A stretch of DNA of 64,000 nucleotides from the human T2T-CHM13v2.0 reference genome, Homo sapiens, in the NCBI RefSeq assembly GCF_009914755.1, contig NC_060932.1; one strand, given 5' to 3'. Position 1 is the stretch's first letter; every line of letters begins with the position of its first letter. Positions 39,901 through 53,859 of this stretch are shown here, piece by piece. The notes under the pieces are model-generated. The model was not told the DNA's origin. It saw only the letters and a program-made list of their open reading frames with translations, and ran no database searches. Both the position numbers and the translations under genes were made by a program.

Positions 39901-41668
39901 TATCATGCTGTTTTTGTTACCATCGTTCTATAGTATGATTTGAAATCAGGTAATATGATTCCTCCAGTTTTGGTTTTTTTTCTCAGGATGTTTTTGGCTA
40001 TTCTGGGTATTTTGTGGTTCCATATAAATTTTTGGATTTTTTTCTATTCCTGTGAAGAATGTCATTTGCATTTCGATAGAGATTTCATTGAATGTGCAGA
40101 TTGCTTTGGGTAGAATGACATTTAAAAATGTTGATTCTTCTAATCCATTATCTTGGCATATCTTTCCTTTTTTTGTGTCATTTTAAATTTCTTTGATCTG
40201 TGATTTATAGTTTTCACTTCAGAGTCTTTCAGTTCTTTGGTTAATTCCTATGTATTTAATTTTATTTGTGGCTACTATAAATGGAATTACTTCTTAATTT
40301 TTTCCCAGATTGTTCAGTGTTGGTACATAGAAATGCTTCTGATTTTTGTATGTTGGTTTTGTATCCTGCAGCTCTACTAAATTTGTTTATAAGTTCTAAT
40401 AGTTTTTTTGGTGAGGTCTTTAGGTTTTTCCAAATATAAGATCATATCATCTGCAAAAAAGAAGGATAAATTGATTTCTCATAATAGGGCATTTTTTTTC
40501 TGCATTAAAAACCTGTTCAGGCAGGTATCCATATTCTCCAGTGGTTTTCATAATGACATTTGGGAAGTTATCTGCTGCCTTTTGGTCAGTAGAAGCTTCT
40601 TCTGTTATGTTGATATTTTTAAGTGAATACTCTTTCTAAAATTATTAAACCATCCTTTGCTGGTTTTACATTATCCAGCTTTAGCTCTTTCCACTTCCTT
40701 TTGCATTATGCTTTTATATAATGACTGCTTCTCTCAAATCATATTAGGGACTGTAAGTATGACTCTTACAGCAATCCTGCACCCACATTAAAGCTGCATT
40801 TTCAGTACAACATAAAAACATATTTTATAAACCATGAAAGGTTTTTGCACCTGCTGGCATGGCTGCAGTGGTGGTTCACAAATTTCCCTTTCTCGTTTTC
40901 AATGGATCTTATGCTGGATTACTTTATCTTGAAATGGGCAACACCAAATACAGACCATAGTCTATGACGCACCTCAAGTGATTAAACATTTTCTTGTAAT
41001 ATTGTGACTTGTCTCTGTTTCTCAGGAGCACTTTCAGCATTATTAGTAGCATTTCATGTGCATCCCACTGTGCTGCTCAAGGTTTACAGGATTGTACTAT
41101 ATAAAAAACGATGAGAAATATGTGAGAACTGCAAAAGATCCCTTTTCACTGAGATACAAAATTTACTACAGAGATGAACTATTCCTATAGAAATGATTAG
41201 CATGACATGGAATTTTAAACAGATACTCACAACATGAGCTCACCATAATAACAACAGGGGCTGGCTACAAAATTATTACAGTAGTACAGTGTTACTACAG
41301 TTAGTCTTATGTAGTTGTGATTTACTACTGTGCTTTTACATTTGCTTACATTTCTCTCAACTGCAAATGATAATGTGCCTGGTACTATGTATAGTTTTTG
41401 TGTCCATAAGTTTTGAGAAATTTTAACTTTCTAATAGATTTGTATCTATTTTATTGTAGTAAATGATAAATAGACTAGTCTCCACATATATTCTATGCAT
41501 TCATGACATATCTAATTTTAATTTTTTTCTATTACTAGGCTATGTGGTTCACCTTGCAAGTTTTCAAAAATTGTTGGAACTCTAAAAAATTTTTTCCAAT
41601 ATATTTATCGAAAATCCATGTATAAATGGACCATAAAGTACAAGCCTGTGTTGTTCAAGGGTCAACTG
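36910..41668 (-). mobile_element. Tigger2 DNA transposon, near full length, split by L1MA
   Basis: TIRs CAGTTCACCCTTTAACAA / TTGTTCAAGGGTCAACTG, each flanked by TA. Transposase relics (TFISK..DRLTLLFCANAV; FQDTDLEEIQDLIETTPEE). Confidence 0.92.
38397..40479 (-). mobile_element. L1MA1/2-like 5'-truncated LINE-1 inside Tigger2
   Basis: 3' end TTTTGTGGGTACATAGTAGGTATATA; ORF2 relics ([30 protein letters not shown]); ~16-bp TSD CACAATAGGGAAATTT / CATAATAGGGCATTTT. Confidence 0.9.
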
Positions 41669-42139
41669 TACTTCCATTAATGACATTCTCATGCAGATTC
41701 CAAACCAAAGAATTAGCTTTTATTCTACCTCCTGCTCTGACCCTTTCCCACACTTTTATAAGAGATTTAGCTGGATTCTCACCTCAGAATGAGAGCTTTG
41801 TGAAGCCAGGCCAAGATGAAGTCTGATCCTTTGGTTATAAGTAGTCTAAGAAAAAGGTAATAACCTGCTCTATATTTCTCTTAGTCATGCTTTACACAGC
41901 TTACTGTAACACCATTCTATCAGTGTTAACATCAATCATGTCAACATATTCACACATAAAAATTGTTGAAAAGATGCCATTTTTGGAAAAAATGTTCAAT
42001 AAATACTTTTGATGAAAATCAATTTGCAAGATCCCAGTCTCTTTGGATTGGAAGTTATTATTGTTATTTATTATTATTTTAGTATCTCATAATCATTTTA
42101 TTTCTCTCTCTGAGGACTTAATCCTCTATGTCTGGTCTC

Positions 42140-42443
42140 TTGTTCTTTTTTTTTCTAATTTTTCTTTTAGGTTTGGGGGTACACACGAAGGTTTGTTACA
42201 CAGGTAAGCTCATGTCATGGGGGTTTGTTGTACAGATCACTTCATCACCAGGTATTAAGCCCACTACCCAATAGTTATCTCCTGCTCCTTTCCTTCCTTC
42301 CACCTGCCACCCTCAAGTAGACTCCAGTGTTTGTTGTTCCCTTCTTTGTGTTCATGAGTTCTCATCACTTAGCTCCCACTTATAAATGAGAATGTGGTAT
42401 TTGGTTTTCTCTTCCTGCATTAGTTTGCTAAGGATAATAGCCT
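42140..42443 (-). mobile_element. L1PA12-14 3'UTR fragment
   Basis: CACCCTCAAGTAGACTCCAGTG...GCTCCCACTTATAAATGAGAA. Confidence 0.85.
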
Positions 42444-42764
42444 AGGATAGGAAATTAAAATGATGCCATATCAACTAGCTGCTGAGTCATTTTCCCGATA
42501 TAGAACTACTACAGATATCTTAAACAAATAATTACAAAATATTTCATTATTTCCAACTAATTATAAAATATTCCAATCTTCTTATGAAGAATTTGAGTTC
42601 ACATAGGCATTTTATAAATCAGTTGTGTTTTATAATTATTTGCAGGTTGCTGTTTATTATTATTCTTACATTTATTGCTTTACATTGAATAACATTGCTT
42701 ATTTTAATTATGTTAATTTTTATTATATTTCATTCCTGGGACTTTAAAGTTATGATATATCCTC

Positions 42765-45700
42765 TTTTATATACGTTCAACTTATATTTCAGATTTGGGA
42801 GGTGCATGTGCAATTCTGATACATGGGTATATTGTGTGATGCTGAGTTTGGGGATGCAGATGGTCCCATCACCATCACCCAGATAGTGAGGATAGTACTC
42901 AATAGCTCTTCAGCCTTTTCCACTCTGTCTCCTTCTACTTCTAGTAGTCCCTAGTGTCTATTGTTGCCTTTTTTATGTCCATGCATACCCAGTGTTTTGC
43001 TCCCACTTATAAGTGAGAACATGTGCTATTTAGTTTTTTGTTTCTATTTTAATTTCCTTAGTATTATGGCTTCCAGCTGTATCTATGTTGCTGCCAAGAA
43101 CCTAATTTTATTATTTTTTATGGCTGTGTAGTATTCTGTGGTGTACATTTTCTTCCAATCCTAGAGCATGTTCCAATCCATGTTTTTACATTTGTTTGTG
43201 TCATCTATGACTTCTTTCAGCAGTGTTCATAGTTCTCCTTGCAGAGACCTTTCACCTCCTTGGTTAGATGTATTCTTAGGTATTTTATAGCTATTGTATA
43301 TTCTTAATTTCGCTCTCAACTTGAACGTTATTGATGTTTAGAAATGCTACTAATTTTTGTATGTTGATTTTCCATCTGAAACTTCACTGAAGTCATTTAT
43401 CAGTTCTAGGAGCCTTTTGGCAGAGTTTTTAATGTTTTCTAGGTATAAAATTATAGTGTCAATGAAGAGAGATAGTTTGACTTCTTGTTTACTTATTTGG
43501 ATGTCTTTTATTTCTTTATCTTGCCTGATTGTTCTGGCAATGACTTCCAGTAATACGTTGAATAGGAGTGGTGAGAGTAGGCATCCTTGTCTTGCTTCAT
43601 TTCTCAAGGGGGATGCTTCCAGCTTTTGCCAATTCAGTATGATATTGGCTATGGATTTGTCAAAAGTCTCTTATTATTTTGAAGTATGTTCCTTTGATGC
43701 CAAGTTTGTTGAGGGTTTTTATCATGAAGGGATGTTGGATTTTACTGAAGACTTTTTTTCCATGTCTATTGAGATGATCATATGGTTTTAGTTTTTAATT
43801 ATTTATGTGATGAATCACATTTATTGATTTGCATATGTTGAACCAAATTTGCATCCCAGGAATGAAGCCTACTTGATCATGATGAATTAAATTTTTGATG
43901 TGTTGCTCTATTCAACTGGCTAGTATTTTGTTGAAGAATTTTGTGTTTTTATTCATCAGGGATATTGGCCTGTAGTTTTCTTTCTCCACATGTCATTGCC
44001 TGGTTTTGGTATCAAGATGATGCTGGCTTCATAGAATATGTTAGGAAAGAGTCTCTTCACCTCAATTTTTTGGAATAGTTTTAATTGAATTGGTACTGGA
44101 TTTCCTTTGTCTGGTAAAATGTGGCTGTGGATTTATCTGTTCCAGGGACTTTTTTGGTTCGGTTTTTTATTACTTAATCAATTTTGGAAGTCAATGTTGG
44201 TCTGTCAGAAATTTCAATTTCTTCCAGATTCAATCTTGGGAGGTTGTGTATTTTCAGGAATTTATTTATTTCCTCTAGAGTTTCTAGTTCATGTTCATAG
44301 AAGTGTTTATGATAGTCTCTGAGAATCTGTTGTATTTCTGTGGAATCAGTTGTAATGTCATCTTTGTCATTTCTGATTGCACTTATTTTGATCTTCTCTA
44401 TTTTTTTCTTTATTAATCTAGTGAGCAGTCTATGGATCTTGTTTATACTTTTAAATAACTAACTTTTGGTTTTGTTGACACTTTTTATGAATTTTGGGCC
44501 TCAATTTTGTTCAGTTATGCACTGATTTTAGTTATTTCTTTTCTGCTGGCTTCATGGTTAGTTTGTTCTTTTCTCAATACTTGAGGTATGATGTTACATA
44601 ATTAATTTGAATTTTCTAACTTTCTGAGGTAGGCATTTAGCAGTATAAATTTTCCTCTTATTACTCCTTTTGATGTATCCCAGAGATTTGGGTATGTTGT
44701 ATCTCTTTTTTCCATTATTTCAAAAAATGTTTTGATTTATGCCTTAATTTTGTTTTTTACCCAAAAGTTATTCAGGAGCAAGTTGTTTAGTTTCCATATA
44801 ATTGTGTGGATTTGGAAGATCTTCTTAGTATTGATTTCTGTTTTTATTCCACTCTGGTCTGAGAATATGGTTGGGATGATTGCAGGTTTTTTTTTTTTTT
44901 CAGTTTATTGAGATTTGCATTCTGGCTGAGCATGTGGTTGATCTTTGAGTGTGTTCCATGTTCAGATGAGAAGAATGTATATTCCAAAGTGGTTGTGAAG
45001 TGTTCTGTAGATGTCTATTAGATCCCATTGGTCAAGTGTCAAATTTAAGTTCAGAATTTCTTTGTTAGTTTTCTGCCTCAATAATCTGTATAACACTGTC
45101 AGTGGGGTGTTCAAGTCTTCCCCTATTATTGTGTGGCTAAGTCTTTTCATAGACATAGAAGCACTTCTTTTATGAATCTAACTGCTCCAATATTAGATGC
45201 ATAAATGTTTAAAATAGTTAAATCTTCTTGTTGAATTGAAACTTTTATCATTATGTAATGCCCTTCTTTGTCCTTTTTTACCATTGTTGTTTTAAAGTCT
45301 GTTTCATCTAATACAAAAATAGTGATCCCTGCTCATTTTTGTCTCCCCACTTGCATGACAGATCTTTCTCAAGCCCTTTACTTTGAGCTTATGGTGAATA
45401 CCTGTGTGATAAGGGTCTATTGAAGACAGCTGATGGTTGGGTCTTGTTTCTTAATCCAATTCGCAACTCTGTGCCTTTTAAGTGGGGACATTTAGACCAC
45501 TTACATTAAAGGATAATGTTGATATGTGTGGTTCTGAATCTATCATGAATTTGTTAGCTGGTTGCATTGCAGTTTCTATTGTATGGTTGCCTTACATGGT
45601 CTGTGGGCTATGTAATTAAGTCTCTTTTTGTGATAGAAGGTATCATTTTTTCCTCTCCTTACTTAGAACTATCTTAAAGATCTCTTGTAAGTCTGGCCTG

Positions 45701-47297
45701 GTGGTAATTCTTTCCCTTAATGCTTGCTTGTCTGCAAAAGATTTTATTTCTCCTTTGCTTATGAAGCTTAGTTTGGTGGGATATCAATTTTGTGTTTGGG
45801 ATTTCTTTCCCAAATAGCCTTCAATCTGTCCTGGCTTATGAGGCTTCAGTTGAGAACTCCACGTTAACCCAATGGCATTCCCTTTTTATGTGATCTAACC
45901 TTCATCTCTAGCTGCCTTTAAAATTTTTTTCTTTAGCGTTGACCTTGGACAGTCTCATGACTATATGCTTTGGCGAAGTTCATTTTGTATAATATCTTGC
46001 AGGTGTTCCATGGATTTCTTGAGTCTAGCAAGATTAGGGAAATTTTTTTAAATAATTTTCTCAAACATATTTTGCAGGTTTTTCCTTTTCTCTATTAGGA
46101 ATGCCAGTAGTTCATAGGTTTGGTCACTTTATATAATCCCTTATTTCATGAAGACTTGTTAGTGTTTTTATATTATTTTTTCTTTATTTTTTTGACAGGT
46201 TTAGTTCAAAAGACTGATCTGCAAGTTCTGAGATTCTTTATTGTGCTTTGTCCAGTCTATTAAAAAAGCTTTCAATTGTATTTTGATATTTCTTAAGTGA
46301 GTTTTTCATTTCCAAAAGTTCTGATTGTTTTCTTTTGAATATGTTTATCCCTTCCTTTATTTTCTGGATTGATTTAAATGTTCCTTTATGTTGATTTTCA
46401 ACCCTGTCTTGGATCTTGTTGAGCTTCCTTGAAATTCATGTTTCAAATTCTTTATCATATATTTCTGAGTTTTCATTTTGATTAGGGGCTTTTGCTGTGG
46501 AGATATTATGATCCTTTGGTGATATCTATGATCCTTGGTCATATCACTATTTTCAGATTTTTCACAGCACCAGAATTATTTTGCTGTTTCCTTCTCCTCT
46601 GAAAATTCTGGCACTTCTAATATTTGTAATTATTTTTGTGTAGGTCAGATTTATTCTTTTTCTTTCTTTCTCTATAGTATTGTTTTTGTTCTTCCTTCCC
46701 TTTTCCTTCTTCTCCTCCCTATGAGGTGTGGCTGTAGAGAATGCTGTGCAGGGGCTTTGAGGTTTGCTTCTAAAGCCTTATGTAATTCTGTCAGCATATT
46801 TTTATGTTGGGTTGTGCATTTTACCTATAAGCCAGTAGATGGCACTTATGGGTAACAGCTGGCTGCGGCCAAGGTGGCTGGGTATATAGTTGATACTTGT
46901 TTAATGGGAAAAGCTCTCTGTTGCTTAAGACAATGGGCTAACCTATGGAGTGCACAGTTTTCTGAGCTCCCTGCTCAGCCTTTAAGGGTTGGGGGTAAGA
47001 TGAGTGTGGCTAGACTGGGAAGGCCTACCTACAGGTCCCTCAATGGCAGTCACAAGAACCATTAATGAGGGAGATTTCAGTGGGTGATCACCAAGTGCTC
47101 AGAGGTATGCCTAGATGTGGAGCTGAGAAACCTCCCTGGCCCCAAGTTCTCTATATGGTTGGAGGTGGGGTGGCCTAAACTCGTAATACAGGAGGGTGGG
47201 TACCCCTGGTGCCTGGAGATCTGCATGGGCATTGAGTGGAGAAGGCCCTGCTGCACCATGATCTCTGCACTGGAAGGGGTAGGCAGCTCAGCTTGCT
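42765..47297 (-). mobile_element. LINE-1 (L1PA15/16 class) with an internal ORF2 deletion near 43150
   Basis: 3'UTR at 42765-43140; RT relic [29 protein letters not shown]; EN relic; ORF1 and 5'UTR to ~47297. Confidence 0.85.
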
Positions 47298-47338
47298 AAA
47301 AAAAAAACAAAAAACAAACAAACAAACAAACAAAAAAA
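47298..47338. repeat. A-rich / (CAAA)n microsatellite
   Basis: Seen directly. Confidence 0.9.
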
Positions 47339-47389
47339 CCCTAACCTACTCTTTAAAAGTAAATATTATTTCAGCAAAGAAAGAATAGA

Positions 47390-49260
47390 GGGGATGCACT
47401 TGTAGCTTTCCTGCTAAGATCAGAAAAAAGGCAGGAATTCCATCTCCTCCACCACTGCTTTTCAACATCTTACTGAAAGTCTTAGATAATTCAACCAGAC
47501 AAGAAAAAGAAATAAAAGGTGTGCAAATTGGAAAGGAGGAAATACAATGGTCTTAGTTCACAGATGACAAGATTGTCTGTGTAGAAAATTCAAAAGTATC
47601 AATAAAAAAACTCCTGGAACTAATAAGTGACTATTGTAAGCTTTTGGGATACAGAATTAATATACAGTTACCCACTTTCCTATATAGTAGCAATGAACAT
47701 GTAGAATATGAAATTAAAAAATTAGCATTTACATTTAGAAAATAATTACGTATAAATGTAACAAAATATGTATAATATCTCAATGAGGAAAATTACAAAA
47801 TTGAAATATATCACAGAACTAAATAAATGGAAAGCTCTTCCATGTTCGTGGATTTAAGAAACCTCAATAGTGTTAAGACGTCAGTTTTTTTCCCAACTTT
47901 TTCTACAGATTCAATGCAATTTCATTTAAGATCTCAGATTCCATTTGAAATATTTGCATTGAAATTTCAGATGCAAAACTGTAAAACCTTCTAGATTGTA
48001 GCATTAAAGAAAACCTACATGACCTTGGGCATGACAATGACTTTTTTAGACATAACAATAAAGATACAATCCATGAAAAATGATCATAAGTTGAACTTTA
48101 CTAAAATTCAAAAATTTTGCTCTGTGAAAGAAAATGTCAAGGAAATAAGAAAACAAGAACATAGACTGAAAAAAATATCTGCAAAAGGCACACCTTATAT
48201 AAGACAGTTATCTAAAATATATAAAAAAACTTTAAAAACTCTTCAATAAATAAGAACAATCTAATTAAAAATGAGCAAAAAAACTGCATACACACTTCAT
48301 CAAAGAAGATACATAGATGGCAAGCATATGCAAAAATGTTTAACATAATATGTCATCAGAGAAAAAAGTGAGAATTGCAAACTAAAACTGTAATGAGATA
48401 ACACTACACAACTTTTAGAATAATCAAAATTGAAAACACTGACAACATGAAATACTAGCAAGGATGTGGAGCAACAGGAACTCTCATTCACTGCCAGTGA
48501 GAATGCAAACTAGTACAGCCACTTTGGAAGACAGTTCCATGGTTTCATACACAACTAAACATACCATATAATGCAGCAATTGCACCCCTCAATATTTACC
48601 CAAATAAGTTGAAAATTTACATACACACAAAACCTACATACTGATATTTATAGCAGCTTTATTGATAATTGCTAAAACTTGAAATTAACTAAAATATCCT
48701 TCAGTAAGTTAATAAGCTATGGTACATATAGACAGTAGAATTTTATTCATTGTTAAAAAGAAATGATCTATCCAGCAATGAAAAAACAAAAAGAAAATAA
48801 ATGCATATTACTAAGTGAAAGAAGCCAAGCTGAAAAGACTATTTGCTGTATGATTCAAACTATATGACATCCTTGGAAAGGTGAAACTAGGGAGACAGTA
48901 AAAATATTTGTGGTTGCCAGTTGTTGGTGGAGGGAGGGAGAAATAGACTGATCACAGAAAATTTTTAGGACATTGAGGCTACTTTGTGTGGTACTACTAT
49001 GGTGGATACATGTTCTTATTTGTGCAAATCCACAGAATTTATAATATCGAGAGTGGGCTTTAATATAATTTATGGACCTTGGGTGATAATGATATGTCAA
49101 TGTAGGCTAATTGACTGTAATAAATGTATGACTTTGGTAAAGAATGTCAACAGTAGGAGAGGTTGTATGTAGGTGAAAATGGGGGTATATAGAAATTCTC
49201 TGTAGTTTCTGTTCAATTTTGCTGTGAATCTAAAATTCCCTTTAAAAAATAAAGTTTACT
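47390..49260 (+). mobile_element. L1MC1-like element, internally deleted near 47940
   Basis: ORF2 RT relic; 3' end CAATTTTGCTGTGAATCTAAAATTCCCTTTAAAAAATAAAG. Confidence 0.82.
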
Positions 49261-50394
49261 GATGAAAATTTTTCAGTGTCTTATGCAGTACAAAAGTAGG
49301 GTATGAAGACTTTAAGTTCCCTAATAATCACATCAAAGTGTCGTGTGATTATTTAAAAGAGATATTATGTATACTGTCATAAAAACAGACATAAAGGCCA
49401 ATGGAACAAAATAGATAACCCACAAATAAATCCACATATTTTCAGGCAACTGATTTTTGATCAAGGCATCCTTGCAAGAATGTGCAAGGGAAAAGCACAG
49501 TCTCTTCAATGAACTATTTCGGGAAAACTAGATCTCCACATGCAGAAGAATAAATTTAAACCCTCATCAAATACCATATAAAAATCAATACAAAATATAT
49601 TAAATACTTAAATGTAAGACCTGAAATTATGAAATTACTAGAAGAAAACATAGGTAAAATGCTCTATGACATAGTTTGGGCAATGACTTTTTGATATTAC
49701 CCCCAAACCATAGGCAACAAAAGCAAAAGTAGACTAATGGAATTACATCAAATTACAAAGCTTCTAAACAGCAGAGGAAGTAGTCAGCAGGGTAAAGTGA
49801 CAATCTATAGAATGGGATAAAATACTCACAAACTATACATGTTGTAAGGGGATACTTTCCAATATATATAAGAAGCTCAAACAACTCAATGGCAAGAAAA
49901 CAAATAACCAGATTAAAAAATTAGCAAAGGACCTGAATAGACATTTCTCAAAAGAAGATATACAACAGATATATAAAAAAGTTCAACATCACTAATCATC
50001 AGGGAAATGCAAATTAAAACCACAATCAGATGTCACCTCACATCTGTTAGAATGGCTATCATCTAAAAGACAAAAGATAAGTGTTGACAAGAAAGTAGGG
50101 AAAAGAGAACCCTTGTACACTGTTGGTGAGATTTCAAGTTAGTACAGCTAGTATGGAAAAGAGTATAGAGGTTCTTCAAAAAAATTAAAATAGAACTACC
50201 ATATGATCCAGCATTCCCACTACTGGGTATATATCCAAATGAAATGAAATCAGAATATTGAAGAGATACCTGCACTCCCATATTTACTGCAGCATTACTC
50301 ACCATAGCCAAGCTATGAAATTAATCTAAGTGTCAATCAGTGGATGGATGGATATAGGAAATGTGATATATATACAAAGTAGAATACTATACAG

Positions 50395-50913
50395 CAGGTG
50401 TCCCCAACCCCTGGACCATGGACCAGTATCAGCCTGTGGCCTGTTAGGAACCAGGCCACACAGTAGAAGGTGAGTGGTAGGTGAGCAAGCAAAGCTTCAA
50501 CTGTATTTATAGCTGCTCCCTATTGCTTGCATTGCCGCTTAGGCTCCACCTATCAGATCAACAGCGGCATTAGATTCTCATAGGAGGGCAAACCCTATTG
50601 TAAACTGACCATGTGAAGGATCCAGGTTGCGTGCTCCTTATAAGAATCTAATGCCTGATGATCTGTCACTGTCTCTCATCATCTCCAGATGGGACCATCT
50701 AGTTGCAGGAAAACAAGCTTAGGGACCAATTCTACATTATGATGAGTTGCATAATTATTTTATTATATATTGCAATGTAATAATAATAGAAATAAGGTGC
50801 ACAATAAATGTAATGTGCTTGAATCGTCTCAAAACCATCCCCCAACCCCAGTCCATGGAAAAATTGTCTTCCATGAAACCAGTTTCTGGTCCCAAAAAGG
50901 TTGTGGACCACTG
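50395..50913 (+). mobile_element. MER1A (hAT-Charlie)
   Basis: TIRs CAGGTGTCCCCAACC / GGTTGTGGACCACTG; 519 bp; partial TSD CTATACAG / CTACAG. Confidence 0.92.
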
Positions 50914-51389
50914 CTACAGAACCATGAAGAGGAAGAAAATCATGTCATTTGTGACAATATAGATGAATCTGGAGGACATTATATTAAGTGAAATAAGCCA
51001 GTCACAAAAAGACAAATACTGTATCATATTTGTCTTTTTTGTGCATGACTTATTTCTAAAACAGTTGACCTCATACAAGTAGACAGTAGAATGGTGGGTA
51101 CCAGAGGCTGGGGCAGTAGGAAGCAATGGTGGTTAGGGAGATATTGGTCAAAGAACACAAAATCTTAGTTAGAAGATATAAGTTTAAGAGATCAATTGTA
51201 CAACATGGTGACTATATAATTACAGTGAATAATATATTCTCAAAAAGTTCTAAAAAAGTATTCTAACCACAAGAATTATAACTATGTGACATACTGCATT
51301 TTTTAATTAGTGATATTTAGTCATTCCACAATGTACATATACTTTAAAACAAACATCACATTATACATAGTAAATACAATTTTATCTAT

Positions 51390-51514
51390 CACAGTGGCTC
51401 ACACCTATAATCTCAGTACTTTGGGAGGCCAAGGCAGGAAGATTGTTTAAGCCCAGGAGTTTCAGAGTGGCCTGGTCAACATAGTGAGACCCTTTCTCTA
51501 CAAAAAATAAAAAA
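51390..51514 (+). mobile_element. FLAM_C / AluJ left monomer
   Basis: CAGTGGCTCACACCTATAATCTCAG...GCCCAGGAGTT...AACATAGTGAGACCC plus A tail. Confidence 0.85.
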
Positions 51515-51829
51515 TCCATATCTATATATCTGTCAGTTCTGTCAATTTACAAAAATAAATTTAAAAAAAGGACTAACATGTCTAAAAGGAAAACAAGACA
51601 CAGCAAAATAAACAAAAATATCAATTGTTCAGGAAAACATGCATGCACTTTCAAAATGTACATAGACTAACTTATTTGTTGTAAGAACTTGTGTCTTACA
51701 AACTTTATAGATCTGATACACTTTTATGTATGAATACAAGCATGTCCTGACTTGAAGATTATAACTTAAATACAAAATATTCATTCATGCAGTCAATTAT
51801 TCATTCAACAAATATTTAATCAGTGTCTG

Positions 51830-52155
51830 TATTATGGACTGAATGTTTGTGTCCACATAAAATTCATATGCTGAAATCTTAGTATGCAATATAATGGTAT
51901 TCGGAGGCAGAGCCTTTTGGAGGTAATTAGGCTTAGATGAGGTCATAAGAGCAGAGCCTCAATGATGGGATTAGTGTCCTTATAACAAAAGGAAAAAACA
52001 CCGGCTCTTCCTCTCTTTGCCACGTGAGGATGCAGAAAGTAGCTGTCTTCAAGCCAGGAAGAAGGCCTTCACTAAGAAGTGAACCTCCCAGTACCTTCAT
52101 CTTTAACTTTTCAGCCTCCAGAACTGTGAGAGGCAAGTGTATGTTGCTTGAGCCA
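51830..52155 (+). mobile_element. MLT1A-like MaLR LTR, preceded by a short L2 tail (-) at ~51778-51828
   Basis: TATGGACTGAATGTTTGTGTCC...GATGGGATTAGTGTCCTTATAA...CAGCCTCCAGAACTGTGAGA. Confidence 0.85.
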
Positions 52156-53204
52156 AAATTGTCTAAAAGTAAATATATTTAAGGAATAAAACTGTATGAT
52201 GTGATAGGAAATATTTAAAATAGTTTTAAAAAACATGCAAATATTATAAATATGTATGTGCAAATATGGAAAATACGACAAAATTATTAAGGTAGAACAA
52301 GTATGACTGACATTTGAAAAATATTGCAACAGTCTTCGGAATTACTTTCTATGCCTTCTATACATCTTTTGTTTCTCATCACTGTATTTTCTCACTGTGT
52401 TTTCTGTCACTGTAATAGCCTCTCTCCTGTGCTAAATCTCCCCTCAAAATTATATTACTAGCCACCAGACGTCACCCCTTAATGAAATTTGTTATTATGT
52501 GCTGAATGAGTATCTCTCTCTTTTCAGTCTATATTTTAGGGCTACATATTTCTTAAGATGTTGTTTTGTCTCCTGCACTTCCTATTATATTTATGTGGTT
52601 ATCAGATTTGTTCTACTTGATGATAAGATTGTAAAGTTACCTAGAACAAGACTTAAATCTTATTCTTCCCTGAATCTCTACCATAGGACTTACAGCTGTA
52701 TGTATTACTTAATATTATTACTTAGTAAATCCATACTGAATTTCATTATCTTAGAATTTTCAGCACTGTTACTGAGCAGTTCAAATATAAAAAAGAACTG
52801 CTAGAATTATATTTATAACTACAGACTCCAGATTGCAAAAGTTAGATAACCTATTGATTCTATACACTTGGAAAGTGGGAAAATTTTGACAGTATAGTTA
52901 ATTTTTTTTAAAGACAGGCACAAAAATAAAGTCATCATAGAGAAAAATTGAAGTAGAGTATATTTGACTTTAGGATTCCAAGTTTAAGCAAAGATTAAGA
53001 GAATTCTGTACTTATTAAGCAAAAATACACTTAACTATATTTTTTATGGAATTGATACTAAGAATTACTTTCTATTGAGAATTTATTATCAGAGTACCTT
53101 CTCTAATAGCAATATCTTTCCTAATTTTTAATGTAGTATTTAACTCAATCATGTAAAGAAAATATTGAGAATGTATTCAAGTAAGTGAGTATACAGAACT
53201 CTGA

Positions 53205-53330
53205 CAAGGCTATAATTTGCATGAAGATAAGGATCATATCAGTTTTGTTCATGCCATTCTTCTGAAAACATAGCATAGTACTCAGGTCAGGGTACCTGTT
53301 TATATTTGTTGAATGAAGGAATAAATGAGG
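53205..53330 (+). mobile_element. L2 3' end
   Basis: TTTTGTTCA...ATATTTGTTGAATGAAGGAATAAATGA. Confidence 0.6.
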
Positions 53331-53429
53331 TAAAATGTAATACAAAGTTTTTCCTCATTTACCAAAGGCTAGCATCCCTTCCTGCTCTCACCTTGTAAAG
53401 CACTCTCAACTTTGGGCTCTACAATTCTT

Positions 53430-53712
53430 ATTTTTTTTAATTGAGGAAAAAATTTACATAATATTAGTCACTAACCATTTTAAAATGTAAAATTCAGTGG
53501 CACTTAGTACATTCTCAATGTGCAACTGTCACACACTATCTAGTTTTGAGAAATTTATATCACTCCAAAAGGAAAAACTTTATCCATTATTCAGTCAGTC
53601 CCCGTCTCTTCCCCTACTGCCAGCCCCTGGAATCCACTAATCTGCTTTCTGTCTCTACAGATTTACCTATTCAGGAAGTTTTATATAGATAGAATCATAA
53701 AATATGTGTCTG
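53430..53712 (-). mobile_element. L1MB3/4-like 3'UTR fragment
   Basis: AATTCAGTGGCACTTAGTACATTC...CAGCCCCTGG..CCACTAATCTGCTTTCTGTCTCTA. Confidence 0.82.
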
Positions 53713-53859
53713 GATTCTAGGTTTTTGAAATAAAAGTCTAAAAGTGAAAGACTTTCTTTTATCTTCTTTTGTCTATAAAATCCTATGCATTATACTTGGC
53801 TTGGTCTGCTTCTCTGTTATTCATTAACTGCCTAATTTGAGATACCAGCTACATCCTGC

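Larger units (their letters stand above)
49370..51570 (+). mobile_element. L1MA5/6-like 3' part, containing MER1A and a FLAM-like monomer
   Basis: ORF2 end and 3'UTR motifs (GAACTACCATATGATCCAGCA; GTCATTCCACAATGTACATATAC). Confidence 0.85.
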
